A stretch of 64,000 nt of DNA from an uncultured Fibrobacter sp. (GCA_946186895.1 CAMHOW010000001.1:50843-114842), one strand, 5' to 3'; counted from the stretch's first letter, positions 29,450 through 39,978 are shown. A program made the numbers and translations. The notes: a model not told the origin generated them from the letters alone.

Positions 29450-30555
29450 ACCTGTTTCAAGGCCTCCTGTACCAAGGGGGTGAGCAAATTCTGGGCTGGC
29501 GGTTCAGGCAGCTTGACGTTGGCCTCCATAGCCTGCTGCAGGGTTTCCAGGCTAAGCTTACCAGCCGGAATATCCACCGCATAGCCTGCTCGGGAAAGAC
29601 TTCTAGAAAGGACCACCTGCTCGTACTGACCGGGCGTCGGGACAAAAATACAGCTTGCACCCAGAACCGCCATATCCATGACGGTACTGTAACCTCCCCT
29701 AGAGACAATCCGGCGGGCGCGACAGATCGTTCGGGCAAACTCGGCGGTTTCCAAGTGGCTAAAGAACTGAATGTTTCCTTCTGTCCAAGACTTTTTTTCG
29801 GCACCGGGTTTTCCAAGAATCATCACGTGGTTCCCGGGAACCTGTGGCAACAACTCCCGCAACTTGCGTTCAAAGGCACTACGGGCGGGTTCCACTCCAG
29901 AGATAACCGCCACCACATTCAAATCTTTGGAACCTTCTGTCATAATTTCAGACAGATTTTCCAGTTCCGTAAAACGACTCAGCGGGCCCGCATAGCGGAC
30001 TGGCACTGAAAAGTTTTTCACGTGGGACATAGCCCCTGCATAGCCGGGAGCCTCTTCCAAGTCAGGAATCCATACCTCATCAAAAAGTCCCATCTTCTTT
30101 CTATGCCAGTGAATACCGATTCCCTCGAACTTGGAAAAAATCGTAGGGAAAGCTATGCGGCACTGATGGGTCATATAAATGGAAAAGGCCTTGTCAGAAT
30201 AGAAACCGAATCGGTTGTCCGAAAACAATATATCAAAGCCGTGGCGACGCACCATCTCTTCGGCATAGTGATGCTCGTATTCGATAACCTTGTTCAGGTG
30301 GGCGCTATTCTTCAAAAGCCAAAGGCCCATATTGAAGCCGTGCTTCGGGTATACAATCCCGTAAGAGGGCGCCATATGTGTTTTCAGTTCCGGGAAAATT
30401 TCACGATACAGAGCCGCATAGGCCGGCGTAACAGCCAGTTCCACCTGGGCACCTTGCCGCAAGAATTCCTTGATGACGGGGACACAACGGGTCGCATGAC
30501 CCAGGCCCCAGTCTAAAGGTGCCACCAGGACTTTCACTACCTGGCCCCCAGCCAA
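29446..30555 (-). CDS. GT-B glycosyltransferase with GT28 C-terminal-like domain
   Basis: APLDWGLGHATRC, SDNRFG, SRGGYSTVMD, VPTPGQYEQ. Confidence 0.85.
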   Translation of the reverse strand: MAGGQVVKVLVAPLDWGLGHATRCVPVIKEFLRQGAQVELAVTPAYAALYREIFPELKTHMAPSYGIVYPKHGFNMGLWLLKNSAHLNKVIEYEHHYAEEMVRRHGFDILFSDNRFGFYSDKAFSIYMTHQCRIAFPTIFSKFEGIGIHWHRKKMGLFDEVWIPDLEEAPGYAGAMSHVKNFSVPVRYAGPLSRFTELENLSEIMTEGSKDLNVVAVISGVEPARSAFERKLRELLPQVPGNHVMILGKPGAEKKSWTEGNIQFFSHLETAEFARTICRARRIVSRGGYSTVMDMAVLGASCIFVPTPGQYEQVVLSRSLSRAGYAVDIPAGKLSLETLQQAMEANVKLPEPPAQNLLTPLVQEALKQV

Positions 30556-33047
30556 AGGTTTGCCCAGTCTCCATGATCGCAGTCCTTGTTTCCGCCCTGT
30601 TCCAATACCAGCTGCAAAACCTGAACTCCGGACACGTCCACATCCAAGGCCTGTTTCTGCGTAGAGTACAGCTTGTTAGAGCGGAACAGTTCACGGCCAT
30701 CACCCTTCACTACGAAGGTGGCACCATCACCGCAGGCGCTTTCGTCGTCCAAGCCGACTACACCGTGAAGCATCTTGAACTTGCCAGAAATATCGTATTC
30801 GATACTCGCATCGGCATGGCTGCCGATTCCATAGCGGAAGGGCTCCTTGTCAAGAGTAATAACATTGTGTTCCACCGACTGGTCCTTTTGCGGGTTGCCC
30901 CAATCCTGGCGGAAGCTCTTCATAACGAGTCCAGAAACCAGGGCAACATCTTCGCCTTCCAAGAACAGATCCCTATGCAAGGTCAAGGTATCGGCATCGG
31001 GCATCAGGCACCACATCTTCATGCGGTTCATCCCGGCAGACAAATCCATAGAATCCAGCACAAGGCTGTCTTGCATTTCAGTGACCACCTTTTCCTTTTC
31101 AGGCTTGCCGTTCATAGAATAGAAGCAGGCGATAGATTCCTCGAAGCCCTTCTTCAGCTGTACAACGCTACTATCCATCGCAGCTACGGAGAATCGCTGA
31201 GCATACTGGGACACGCCCTTCTTGGCATCAATGCGGTAGATTACCAGCGGGTAACCGAACAGCTTGGGTTCCAAAAGCACACGCTCGTTCTTGTAGGAGT
31301 CCAAAATTTCGTCAATCTGGTCGGTAGTCTTGAAACCTACCACACGGCTCTGGCGGTTTACCGAACCATAACCGTCCTGACCGCGCACCAGGTAGATATT
31401 CCCACCCGAAGCCTGGTACCACTTGGCAAAGGTATCCGTATCCCAGCGTTTGAAAGTCCGCTCGCTGAAGGCGCTATGACCAGAGGCTAGCATCTGCCAG
31501 GGCCTTGCGTAAATGTAGATGGAATTTTCGGGATACTTTTTCAGCTCGGTATTCAAGAAATCTTCTTCGGCCAGAAGCTTGTTCTTGTAATAGAGCATGT
31601 TGGCCCTGAAACTCGGGGCATGATACATCATAAGTCCAAGGGACAAAACCACTGCGCCGCCAAGAACCAAGCGTCCAATTCCATCGGGTTTCATCTTAGA
31701 GAAAAAGCAGAGGGCGTCGTAGGGGCCAAGGGCCATCAAAAGAGCAAACAGCGGCAAAGCCACCAGCACATAACGCTGGTTAATGTCGATGGTAAACGTT
31801 CCCGACACGTTCAGCAAAATGACAAATATCTGTATGCAGAACAGAATTCCAAGAACAAAGCCACGGATATAACGCCTAGAATATACCAGACGGAACAAAA
31901 GCCAAGCCGTGGAAGCCAGCAACAGTACCGTGAAGGTGGTATAGAACGGATTCTCCAGGATTCCGCCAAAGGAGTTGTCCGTTTTCAGGTTCATCATTTC
32001 CACTAGATTGGTCTTGATATTGAACCAGAAATTCTCGAGAGAATGAGCGGCATGCTCACCACCCTGGAAATCATAGCCGCGATAGGCCGCCATGGTGTTG
32101 ATCGAAGGCCAGCTTACCGCAATGACCGACGCTACGAACAGGGGCAAGCGATAGGGCTTTTCCAAAAAATACCGGTAATAATACAGGGCAAAGGGAATAA
32201 AGGCAAAAACAGTTTCCTGTCTGGTCTGTGCAAAGAATCCGAGCAGAGGAACCGTCAGCAAAAAGTGTTTCCAGGTCACCTTGTTGGTAGGCACAAAGGC
32301 ATACCAAGCCATCAAGGCCGAAAGCAGGCTAATGTAGAGCACCTCGGTAGAAGCAGACCTGGCCTGCAACAGGTAAATCGGCATACCGCCTAAGAAGGCT
32401 GTCGCCGCCAAGGCCAAAGGCTCGCTCTTAAACCACCTGGAAAGAGCCAAGAAGAAGAACAGAAGGCTCAATATGTAGAAGGGATAGTTCACCAACAGGG
32501 CCGTATCCCTGTTCGGTTCCATGAAGTTGAAAACCAGGGAATACACAAAGCCTAGGGCCTTGCCCTTGAAGTTGTTCACCTCGTCGGTACATTCCAGGTT
32601 CCCGTCTTTCCAGATACCTTCGTTACAGATACCACCGGAATGCTGGAAATACATCTGGAGACCCATGGATTCCCAGCTAGTCTCGTCGCTCAAAACGCGA
32701 TGGGTATTCCCGATGTTCCCGAACATAAATACAGAGAACACCAGCAGCAACACAGCAAGCCCACACAGGCTTTTGCCACCAGGCAAGAACTCGCGAATGT
32801 GCTTGGCGATAAAGGGCAAGTTCACCACCACACCCACAACCCCGATAATAAAGGTAGAGAGGATGGCGTAGTAGCCCCACTCGATATCCCACTTGCGGGC
32901 CGTAGCCACAGAAGTGCCATTGAAAATCAGGAAGGCGATAACCAGCACCAACAAGGTGATTACCACCATCAATCCCTGGGGCTTTCCCAAGTTCAGGGAC
33001 TTAAACCACTCCTTCAATGCGTTTTTCTTTTCAACTTTCTGCTTCAT
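30537..33047 (-). CDS. Multi-pass GT-C-like (ArnT/PMT-type) membrane protein with C-terminal NPCBM/NEW2 carbohydrate-binding domain
   Basis: SDE motif after N-terminal TMs, about 12 hydrophobic segments; QDWG..GIGSHA..VGLDD..F.V.GDG..DHGDWA. Confidence 0.75.
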   Translation of the reverse strand: MKQKVEKKNALKEWFKSLNLGKPQGLMVVITLLVLVIAFLIFNGTSVATARKWDIEWGYYAILSTFIIGVVGVVVNLPFIAKHIREFLPGGKSLCGLAVLLLVFSVFMFGNIGNTHRVLSDETSWESMGLQMYFQHSGGICNEGIWKDGNLECTDEVNNFKGKALGFVYSLVFNFMEPNRDTALLVNYPFYILSLLFFFLALSRWFKSEPLALAATAFLGGMPIYLLQARSASTEVLYISLLSALMAWYAFVPTNKVTWKHFLLTVPLLGFFAQTRQETVFAFIPFALYYYRYFLEKPYRLPLFVASVIAVSWPSINTMAAYRGYDFQGGEHAAHSLENFWFNIKTNLVEMMNLKTDNSFGGILENPFYTTFTVLLLASTAWLLFRLVYSRRYIRGFVLGILFCIQIFVILLNVSGTFTIDINQRYVLVALPLFALLMALGPYDALCFFSKMKPDGIGRLVLGGAVVLSLGLMMYHAPSFRANMLYYKNKLLAEEDFLNTELKKYPENSIYIYARPWQMLASGHSAFSERTFKRWDTDTFAKWYQASGGNIYLVRGQDGYGSVNRQSRVVGFKTTDQIDEILDSYKNERVLLEPKLFGYPLVIYRIDAKKGVSQYAQRFSVAAMDSSVVQLKKGFEESIACFYSMNGKPEKEKVVTEMQDSLVLDSMDLSAGMNRMKMWCLMPDADTLTLHRDLFLEGEDVALVSGLVMKSFRQDWGNPQKDQSVEHNVITLDKEPFRYGIGSHADASIEYDISGKFKMLHGVVGLDDESACGDGATFVVKGDGRELFRSNKLYSTQKQALDVDVSGVQVLQLVLEQGGNKDCDHGDWANLWLGAR

Positions 33048-33062
33048 TTCTCACTTCTCATT

Positions 33063-33146
33063 GTAAATTCGCTTCACTCATTTACCAAATGCTAGGCTCG
33101 GTCATATCCATGCAAGCATGGCTGTGACTCTCGCCTTACGCATTTG
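33063..33146 (-). repeat. Long imperfect intergenic palindrome (REP-like hairpin)
   Basis: GTAAAT..ATTTAC, then CAAATGC.AGGC..GTCA..CCATGC-AA-GCATGG..TGAC..GCCT..GCATTTG. Confidence 0.6.
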
Positions 33147-33147
33147 T

Positions 33148-36100
33148 TCACATCTTAATTCCCAGCTTTTCCATGGCAATCTTCTTGCCCGTCTGGAAAT
33201 CGCTCTTGCCGCTTCCCAGCTTGGGAAGGCTTTCCACCTTCACCACGGCGCCCGGCACCATCAAGGGCGGAAGCCCAATCTGGCGAAGCATTTCCTTCAT
33301 CTCTTCTTCGGTCTTGTCGCCGGCGTACACCAGCACGATCTTTTCGCCCTTAGAACCGTCGGGAACAGCCACGGCAAAATGGTCGATCTCGTCGAACAGA
33401 GCGTTCTCCGAAATCTTGAAGTCTACGGAACCCAAGCTCACCATCTCGCCGCCAAGCTTTGCAAATCGGCTGTAGCGGTCCACGATGGTCAGGTAGCCGT
33501 CTTCGTCCACATGGCCCTTGTCGCCGGTCTTGTACCAACGCTTGCCATTGATGACGGCGATCGCCTGGGCGGTACGTTCCGGATCCTTCAGGTAGCCCTT
33601 CATAATCTGGGCGCCACCGATAAGGATCAGGCCGTCGCCACCGATGGGCAGTTCTTCCATAGTGTCCGGGTCCACAATACGGAACTGGGTTCCCGGCAGG
33701 GGTGCGCCTACCGTACCCGGCTTGTTGCCTTCCAGCACCGTCTTGTAGTCGTCCATGAGCACGTCCTTGGTGTTCACCGCCGCCACAGGGGTGGTTTCGG
33801 TACAGCCAAAGCCTTCGAAGATTTCCAGCTTGAACTTGGTGCGGTAAAGCTGGCGCACATCTTCGCGGATCTTTTCGGCTCCGGCGTAAATGCTCCGCAC
33901 ATGGCCAAACATCAGCGGGTGCACCGCACGGTTCATACCCCACATCCGCAAGAAGGTGCCCGTGGCCACCATGATGGTCACCTTGAACTGGGCGCACATG
34001 CGGGACACGAGCCTTGCATCCGTGGGGTCGGGGCAAGTAGCCACCGGCACGCCGTCCACCAGGCAGAGCATGGTAGTGATGGAGAACCCGAAAGCATGGA
34101 ACAGCGGGAGCGACCCCAGGAACACATCGTCGGAGCCGGGGTTCAGCACGCTTTCGCACTGCTTGATGTTACCCATCAAGTTGAAGTGGGTCAGTTCCAC
34201 TCCCTTGGGGCGGCCCTCGGAACCGGAACTGAAGATAATTGTGGCCACATCGTCCAGAGAAACCTTCTTGAAGAACCTAAGTTCCAGATACCACGCAGGA
34301 AGCAACATTACCCGCAAGAAGTTCATCACCAGGGAGGGCTTCTTCAGTTTTTCCTTCAGGTCTTCCATGTAGTAGACCTTGTACTTGTCCAGAAGCTGAT
34401 CCATGGGGAGACCCTTCTGTTTCAGCTTGTCGATGAACACACGAGCGGTAAAGATTGTCTTTACGTCCGCCACGTCACAGCAATACGCCATGGTCTCGGG
34501 AGTATTTGTGTAGTTCAGGTTGTAGACTGTCTTGCCCTTGATAAGGCAGGCCATGTTCACGATAATACCCGGGCCCGAAGGCGGAATCAACACGCCCACC
34601 TGTTTTTCGCCCTTGGTAAGCCCGTCAATCATCTTTGCAAAAGTAAGTGACGCCGCTGCTAGGGCATTGGCCGAAAGGTGATGTCCGTCGGGGCTGTATA
34701 CCGAAGGACCGCTCCCGATACGCTTAACCGTACGTATCCAGGCAGAAGCCACCGGACGAAGTAAGCGTATATAAGACGTCCAGGCCGTAATAGAAAGTTC
34801 CTGGACAGCACGCTGGACCGTGACCGGGCTGGAATCCAGGGGAAGTTCCTCGCCAAAGGCCACCGAGATGACACGGCCTTCGCTATGGACCAGATCCTTG
34901 AAGCCAGCACCTGCCATAGAGTAACTACTCCCCCACAAGCCCTGTACGTAGAAAGGCAAGAGCTTCAGGTGGCGTACATCCTTGACGGCGGCAGAGTAAT
35001 CTAGACGGAAACGGCTCATGTTGCCCGTGGCGGTCATGGTATTCTCAGGGAACATCACCACAGCTTCGCCACGGAGCAGGGCCTCGCGAGCCTCCTTCAT
35101 GGCAGATTCCGGATGGGCAATATCCAGGTCGATAGTCCGCATCTGCGAAAGCAGCAGCCGCACGTACCATTTTTCAAAAGGCCTTCTGGTAATCACAAAG
35201 CGCAGGGGGCGGGGGCTTGCCATTTGGATCATGGCCCAGTCCACATAAGAAATATGGTTACCCACCAGAAGCACCGGACCTTCCCAAGGGATACGTTCCA
35301 CGCCCGACACCAGGAACTTGTAATGCACCGAGAGCACCGAGCGCATCAGCTGGCGGAGCAGCGTATGGGGCATGGCCATCAGAGCCCATATAGTACCGCC
35401 CAGGCACACGATTCCCAAGATAAAGAACAGGCTCATCCGGTCCAAATTCAGGAACCGGATAAGGACCACCGCCACAATTTCAAAGAGCAATATACAGAGG
35501 TTCTGAACACCGTTGGCCACCGAAAGCACGTGGCCTGCCGACCTGGGCTTGGTATGGTACAGCAGCATGGAGAACATGGGAATCATGTAGATGCCGCCGC
35601 AGAAGCCAAGCAGGGTAAAGGCAATGGCGTTGTAGGGTCTCGGGATAAAGGGAATCAAGAAGATAAGAATGGCCGCCCCGGCAGTCCCCATAGGGATAAG
35701 CCCAGTCTCAATGAAGTTCCTGGACATGCGCATGGCAAAGAAGATGCCCACCACAAGGCCCAGAGCAGTACCAAAGATAGCGTAGTTGGCCAGAATATCA
35801 CGGTTAAAGAGCGAGCCCGAACCGAACAGGTCCTGGATGATAAACACCAGCAGGAATATCATGACCCAGAACATGGAAAGCCCGATAATGGACTGACGAA
35901 GCGCCCGGTTCACCCAAAGCTTGCTCAGTTTGCGGCGGGTAAACAGCAGGTTCCAATAGCGCTTCCAGGGGAACTTCAGTTCGGCATCGTAGGCACCAAT
36001 AGGCGGCAAACCGAAGCTGAACAGAATTCCAAGCAATTCCAGGGCAATGAGAGTACCCCCCACAGGGGCAAAGTCCTGTACCGACTCAGACAAATCACCA

Positions 36101-36597
36101 GATAGGGGCAGCATGTGCTCGTAGGCATAGGCCACCAGACCACCGCTGAGCACCAGGGCCACAAACAGGAGGATCATCAGGGCTCCGCTTCCCTGGGCCA
36201 GGGAACGGACTCCCACCAGTTCCTTCATGTAGCCATTCTTGGCAGGGCTCTGGAATGCCTGCAGCACAAAAAACAAACCGACGGAGAGAAATTCCAATGG
36301 CAGGCTCGCCGTACAGACCCCATAACCGAACAGCACCACCGTGGGCAGCGAAAGCAGGGTGGTCCACCGAAGAACCCGTTCCTTAGGGAACTTGTCAGAG
36401 AAATAACCCGAAGGCGTTATGAGCAGCACACAGGGCAGCAAAAACAGCAAGTGCAGCACATAGAACTGCCAAGACCCCATGGCCGTGTACCCGGCCCTGC
36501 CAAGCACAAGTTCCATGTAGGCAACAATGGCAGTAGAGAGGGCCACCTGGGTAAAGGCAAGCCCGTAAAACGAAAATAATCCCTTAGACTTTTTCAT
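33148..36597 (-). CDS. aas: Aas-like fusion: MFS/LplT permease + PlsC acyltransferase + acyl-ACP synthetase
   Basis: N-terminal TMs with SPAKNG; NHISYVD and FPE; IFSSGSEGRPKG, EGFGCTE, YKTGD, DRYSRFAKLGGEMVSL. Confidence 0.88.
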   Translation of the reverse strand: MKKSKGLFSFYGLAFTQVALSTAIVAYMELVLGRAGYTAMGSWQFYVLHLLFLLPCVLLITPSGYFSDKFPKERVLRWTTLLSLPTVVLFGYGVCTASLPLEFLSVGLFFVLQAFQSPAKNGYMKELVGVRSLAQGSGALMILLFVALVLSGGLVAYAYEHMLPLSGDLSESVQDFAPVGGTLIALELLGILFSFGLPPIGAYDAELKFPWKRYWNLLFTRRKLSKLWVNRALRQSIIGLSMFWVMIFLLVFIIQDLFGSGSLFNRDILANYAIFGTALGLVVGIFFAMRMSRNFIETGLIPMGTAGAAILIFLIPFIPRPYNAIAFTLLGFCGGIYMIPMFSMLLYHTKPRSAGHVLSVANGVQNLCILLFEIVAVVLIRFLNLDRMSLFFILGIVCLGGTIWALMAMPHTLLRQLMRSVLSVHYKFLVSGVERIPWEGPVLLVGNHISYVDWAMIQMASPRPLRFVITRRPFEKWYVRLLLSQMRTIDLDIAHPESAMKEAREALLRGEAVVMFPENTMTATGNMSRFRLDYSAAVKDVRHLKLLPFYVQGLWGSSYSMAGAGFKDLVHSEGRVISVAFGEELPLDSSPVTVQRAVQELSITAWTSYIRLLRPVASAWIRTVKRIGSGPSVYSPDGHHLSANALAAASLTFAKMIDGLTKGEKQVGVLIPPSGPGIIVNMACLIKGKTVYNLNYTNTPETMAYCCDVADVKTIFTARVFIDKLKQKGLPMDQLLDKYKVYYMEDLKEKLKKPSLVMNFLRVMLLPAWYLELRFFKKVSLDDVATIIFSSGSEGRPKGVELTHFNLMGNIKQCESVLNPGSDDVFLGSLPLFHAFGFSITTMLCLVDGVPVATCPDPTDARLVSRMCAQFKVTIMVATGTFLRMWGMNRAVHPLMFGHVRSIYAGAEKIREDVRQLYRTKFKLEIFEGFGCTETTPVAAVNTKDVLMDDYKTVLEGNKPGTVGAPLPGTQFRIVDPDTMEELPIGGDGLILIGGAQIMKGYLKDPERTAQAIAVINGKRWYKTGDKGHVDEDGYLTIVDRYSRFAKLGGEMVSLGSVDFKISENALFDEIDHFAVAVPDGSKGEKIVLVYAGDKTEEEMKEMLRQIGLPPLMVPGAVVKVESLPKLGSGKSDFQTGKKIAMEKLGIKM

Positions 36598-36641
36598 CGG
36601 AAAATCCAATAATGTTTTCAAGGGAAAGATACATAAATAAA

Positions 36642-36665
36642 GCGGTCCCGCCAATACGGGACCGC
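36642..36665 (-). terminator. Intrinsic terminator of the upstream FISUMP gene
   Basis: Minus strand GCGGTCCCG-tattgg-CGGGACCGC followed by TTTATTT. Confidence 0.75.
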
Positions 36666-36696
36666 CCTTTTCAGTTTAGGTAATGGATTGTCAAAG

Positions 36697-38916
36697 CTAT
36701 CTGAGGCCCAACATAGAATAATCCACGCCTTCCTCTGTCTTTACGCAGCGGACTGAAGAGTATTCAGACGTAGAAGCATCATCATCTTCAATATAATCGG
36801 TTCCGACATAGATCACACCAGCTGCCCCCTCGCCGTAGGCTTCAGGCGTCCAGAACTGACCCAAATACAGATATGCATCGGTACTTCTCAGCGATTCCTT
36901 ATGATTCGGCTCAAGGCCAAGTCCCAACAAGTCCCAACCGGCCTCGGGCCAGCCTTCTTTTGACCTAAGGACATAAGCCGCAAATTCCTCGTCGTAAGGC
37001 GGCCGGGACATTCCAGCAGCACTTCCATAAACTTCCTCAGCATACTTTTTGGAAACCGTTGTGATCAAATCGTACCACTCACTGTAAGAAGGCATATGCC
37101 AGCCTTCGGGGCAGAGGCCCTGCACGGGAAATTCCACATCTTCGGCCACGGGCACGTTTCCATCCAGATACCCCATGGCTACTTCCCAGGTGTAGCCGAC
37201 AACCTTACAAGTTTCCTCGTCATCGAGGCAGGCATACAGTTTTTCCGTTTTTCCTGCACCCGTAGCATCTGCGATTTCAGAAACCGGTTTGACCTTCAGG
37301 TTTTCTGCAAGCCAGGTCTGGCTGCCGATGGTAACGGTCTTGTAAGTCACCTTATCGTTGTTAGGGTCGGTAAAGGTTCCTTCTACCTTCTGGGCGGCAA
37401 GATCCTTCTTCAGCTTGACTATGGTATTTCCAGAGCACTTGCCGTAGGCACCGAATTCGAACAGGCCAAAGCTGTTCTCGTAAGTACCGGCCTTGGTGGC
37501 TTCTACAAAGGCGAAACTCACGTATTGAATCCCGAGACCATCAGAACCATTGAACAACATATTCAAGAAGAACTCGTAAGGGGGAATATCAGGATACAGT
37601 TCGGCCCTAGGATAATTGAACCTGTTCCAGGGAATGCTGACAGTCTTTTCCTGGCCATTGGTGGAGGGAAGCACAGCTACCATGCCATTGGGACCAGAAT
37701 CGTTATTTCCGACATAGACATTCATTTCCTTTTCAGAGGAATAGGTCAAGCAGAATCCACCCCAGTCAACAGTAGCGGCGTGTTCTTCATTAAAATACAA
37801 CGACACGCCAGCCATAGGAACATAATAAGGTCCATCATAATTCGGGTTTACATCTTCAGAAAGCTTCAGGGTTGCCTTGCCCTTGAATCCATAGTACTCA
37901 TAGAGAGAACCCTCCATAGAAGTGGGAGGAGCAGCGGGTTCAGAGCCTTCTAAAGCTTGCTGTGAGATAATAAGGTTGGGGCTTACGCCAACCCATTCAA
38001 TTTTGCCACCGCCAACTAGATTTTCTCTCCATTCGGCGTAGTAGACATCATCATCCTCATAAACCAAACCTTCACCAGTACCGCCATCCAAAACCTGGTC
38101 GCTAGCAATAACCCTTACGCCATCGAGCGCATCAATAATGCGAGGACGAACCCTTCCACCATATACCCAACCAGAACCATCCTTAACGACATAGGGTAGC
38201 CTAGACAGGCCCTTCCAGGTGGGAAAATCAGTGCTGTAAGCTTCCGCTGCAAAGCCCATCCCGTTGCCGCAATCATAAACCAACACACCGGCACCGGAAT
38301 AAACTATGCTACAGGCGTTGTTTTGTTCCAGTGTTTCGGGCGTAATGGCAGCCGAGCTGCTAGATCCAGAAACGCCACCGTTGCTAGATTCAGGAGCAAC
38401 GCTATTGCTAGATTCGGGAGCCTTGCCGGATTCGCCGGTCTTGACCTCAACCGACTTGTCACCACAGGTGAACTTCACGCCAGAACCGTCTGCGAGATTT
38501 TCCACGGTACAGCCAGCATTGGTTTCAGAGACCTCGCCCTTCTCACCCTTGGTACCATTCTTGATGACCGCCAGGGAGTCACCGTTGCAGACCAGCTTGT
38601 AGCCGCTCTTGTCGGCAAGCTCTTCGGCCTTGCAATCAAACTTGGTCACGGCAGGGGTTGCAGAGGTAGAGCCGCCCACAGACTTCCATTCCCAAGCCTT
38701 TGCGCCATCTTGTTCTGTTTCGGCACAAACGTAGACTTCGCTTTCGGAAGGAACTACCGCAAAGTAGCCCTTGTAGCTAGCGTCGCACTTGGGCAAATCC
38801 CCGCCAGAAGCGTAAGATTCGGCCTTCACCAATTCGGTAGCGGATTCGTCACCGCAAGCCGTAAAAAGAGCACCGGCTGCAACCAACGCCACCGGCAATC
38901 CTAACCAATATTTCAT
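36697..38916 (-). CDS. FISUMP-domain lipoprotein
   Basis: Lipobox LFTA-C-G; YKTVTIGSQTWLAENL, QGLCPEGWHMPS..EW, FWT, SVRCVK. Confidence 0.85.
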   Translation of the reverse strand: MKYWLGLPVALVAAGALFTACGDESATELVKAESYASGGDLPKCDASYKGYFAVVPSESEVYVCAETEQDGAKAWEWKSVGGSTSATPAVTKFDCKAEELADKSGYKLVCNGDSLAVIKNGTKGEKGEVSETNAGCTVENLADGSGVKFTCGDKSVEVKTGESGKAPESSNSVAPESSNGGVSGSSSSAAITPETLEQNNACSIVYSGAGVLVYDCGNGMGFAAEAYSTDFPTWKGLSRLPYVVKDGSGWVYGGRVRPRIIDALDGVRVIASDQVLDGGTGEGLVYEDDDVYYAEWRENLVGGGKIEWVGVSPNLIISQQALEGSEPAAPPTSMEGSLYEYYGFKGKATLKLSEDVNPNYDGPYYVPMAGVSLYFNEEHAATVDWGGFCLTYSSEKEMNVYVGNNDSGPNGMVAVLPSTNGQEKTVSIPWNRFNYPRAELYPDIPPYEFFLNMLFNGSDGLGIQYVSFAFVEATKAGTYENSFGLFEFGAYGKCSGNTIVKLKKDLAAQKVEGTFTDPNNDKVTYKTVTIGSQTWLAENLKVKPVSEIADATGAGKTEKLYACLDDEETCKVVGYTWEVAMGYLDGNVPVAEDVEFPVQGLCPEGWHMPSYSEWYDLITTVSKKYAEEVYGSAAGMSRPPYDEEFAAYVLRSKEGWPEAGWDLLGLGLEPNHKESLRSTDAYLYLGQFWTPEAYGEGAAGVIYVGTDYIEDDDASTSEYSSVRCVKTEEGVDYSMLGLR

Positions 38917-38996
38917 ATCTGATCCTCCTGATATCGGGCAAAAACATTTCCACCCATATTGAATCCCGTAAAAAATAGTTTATTCAGACCAAACAA

Positions 38997-39027
38997 AAAC
39001 TCCCGGCGCAACCAGCACCGGGAGTTT
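38997..39027 (-). terminator. Intrinsic terminator
   Basis: AAACTCCCGG...CCGGGAGTTT with T-run on the minus strand. Confidence 0.75.
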
Positions 39028-39048
39028 AGTCGTAATTTTAGGTATAAA

Positions 39049-39921
39049 CTACTTGTTCTCGAAGTAGTAGGTAGTCAGAGTCTTGCCATCCTGAGAGAAC
39101 TGGATGATCTGCTTGCCCTTGGGGAGATCGCCGGTGATCTTGAACAGGTTTTCGGCCATATAGGTCACTGTCAAGTTCGTGCCCTTGTCCTTGTCGGCAA
39201 AGAGGCCCTTCTTTTCGCCAGCGTCAAAGCCCTTGCAGTCCTTGTGGGCAGAAATGTCCTGTTCCACGGCAGGGAAGGTCTTGGCGACCAGCGGAGAGGT
39301 CACGGAGCTAGCATTGCGGTAGAAGACTTCCAGCTTGCCTTCGATTACGCGGGGAGCCGGCAGCGGAGACATCTTGGCAGCAGGTTCCTTTTTACCCTTC
39401 TTCTTTTTCTTGTCCTTCTTCTGGTCGGGCACCTTGGCGCCGTCGCCAGCCTGAGGACGTTCCAGCTGATAACCGGCAATGGATTCGTTGCACTGGGTAG
39501 ACCAAACGACCCATTCATTAGAAATCTTCTTGGGGCCGTTTTCTTCGTCGCCAGGCAGGTAGAGACCCGGTTCAATCTGGTCGCTATAGATGTACAGCGT
39601 CACCTTCAGGTTCGGGTTTTCTTCCGTAGTAGAAATCATGTTCTTGCTCTTGATATACTTGGAGCGGCCGGCAAGAATCTTGTAGTTACCCACGGGGACC
39701 TTTTCGAACTTGAACTGGCCCTTGCGGAGTTCCTGCTTGTACTTGTACTTTTCCTTGAGGGTGGAGTAAATAGTGGAGTCCATCCAGATAGTGGGCATTT
39801 CCAAAGGCTTGCCAGTGAAAGCGTCACAGACTTCACCTTCGATGGTACCGGTCTTTTCGCAACCGGTGAGAGCCATAGCCACGAGAGCGGCGGTAGCACA
39901 GAGAGTAAGTGTTTTTTTCAT
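39049..39921 (-). CDS. Lipoprotein with N-terminal carboxypeptidase-regulatory-like beta-sandwich
   Basis: Lipobox LTG-C; GTIEGEV.DAFTGKPL...GQFKFEKVPVGNYKI. Confidence 0.7.
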   Translation of the reverse strand: MKKTLTLCATAALVAMALTGCEKTGTIEGEVCDAFTGKPLEMPTIWMDSTIYSTLKEKYKYKQELRKGQFKFEKVPVGNYKILAGRSKYIKSKNMISTTEENPNLKVTLYIYSDQIEPGLYLPGDEENGPKKISNEWVVWSTQCNESIAGYQLERPQAGDGAKVPDQKKDKKKKKGKKEPAAKMSPLPAPRVIEGKLEVFYRNASSVTSPLVAKTFPAVEQDISAHKDCKGFDAGEKKGLFADKDKGTNLTVTYMAENLFKITGDLPKGKQIIQFSQDGKTLTTYYFENK

Positions 39922-39952
39922 CGTTTTTCCTTTTGAATTTCTCTAAATATAC

Positions 39953-39978
39953 AAAAACCCTCCCGTTTTAGGGGAGGG
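39953..39978 (-). terminator. Intrinsic terminator downstream of rpmE2
   Basis: CCCTCCC-gttttag-GGGAGGG with T-run on the minus strand. Confidence 0.7.

Noticed and set aside
33118-34650. 510-aa plus-strand ORF, and similar long ones at 44993-46165, 47567-48694, 55779-57227, 57155-58159 and 59107-60726
   Set aside because: Each lies opposite a well-conserved gene (aas, GH8, argJ, murC, murG, murF) and looks like an antisense shadow frame.
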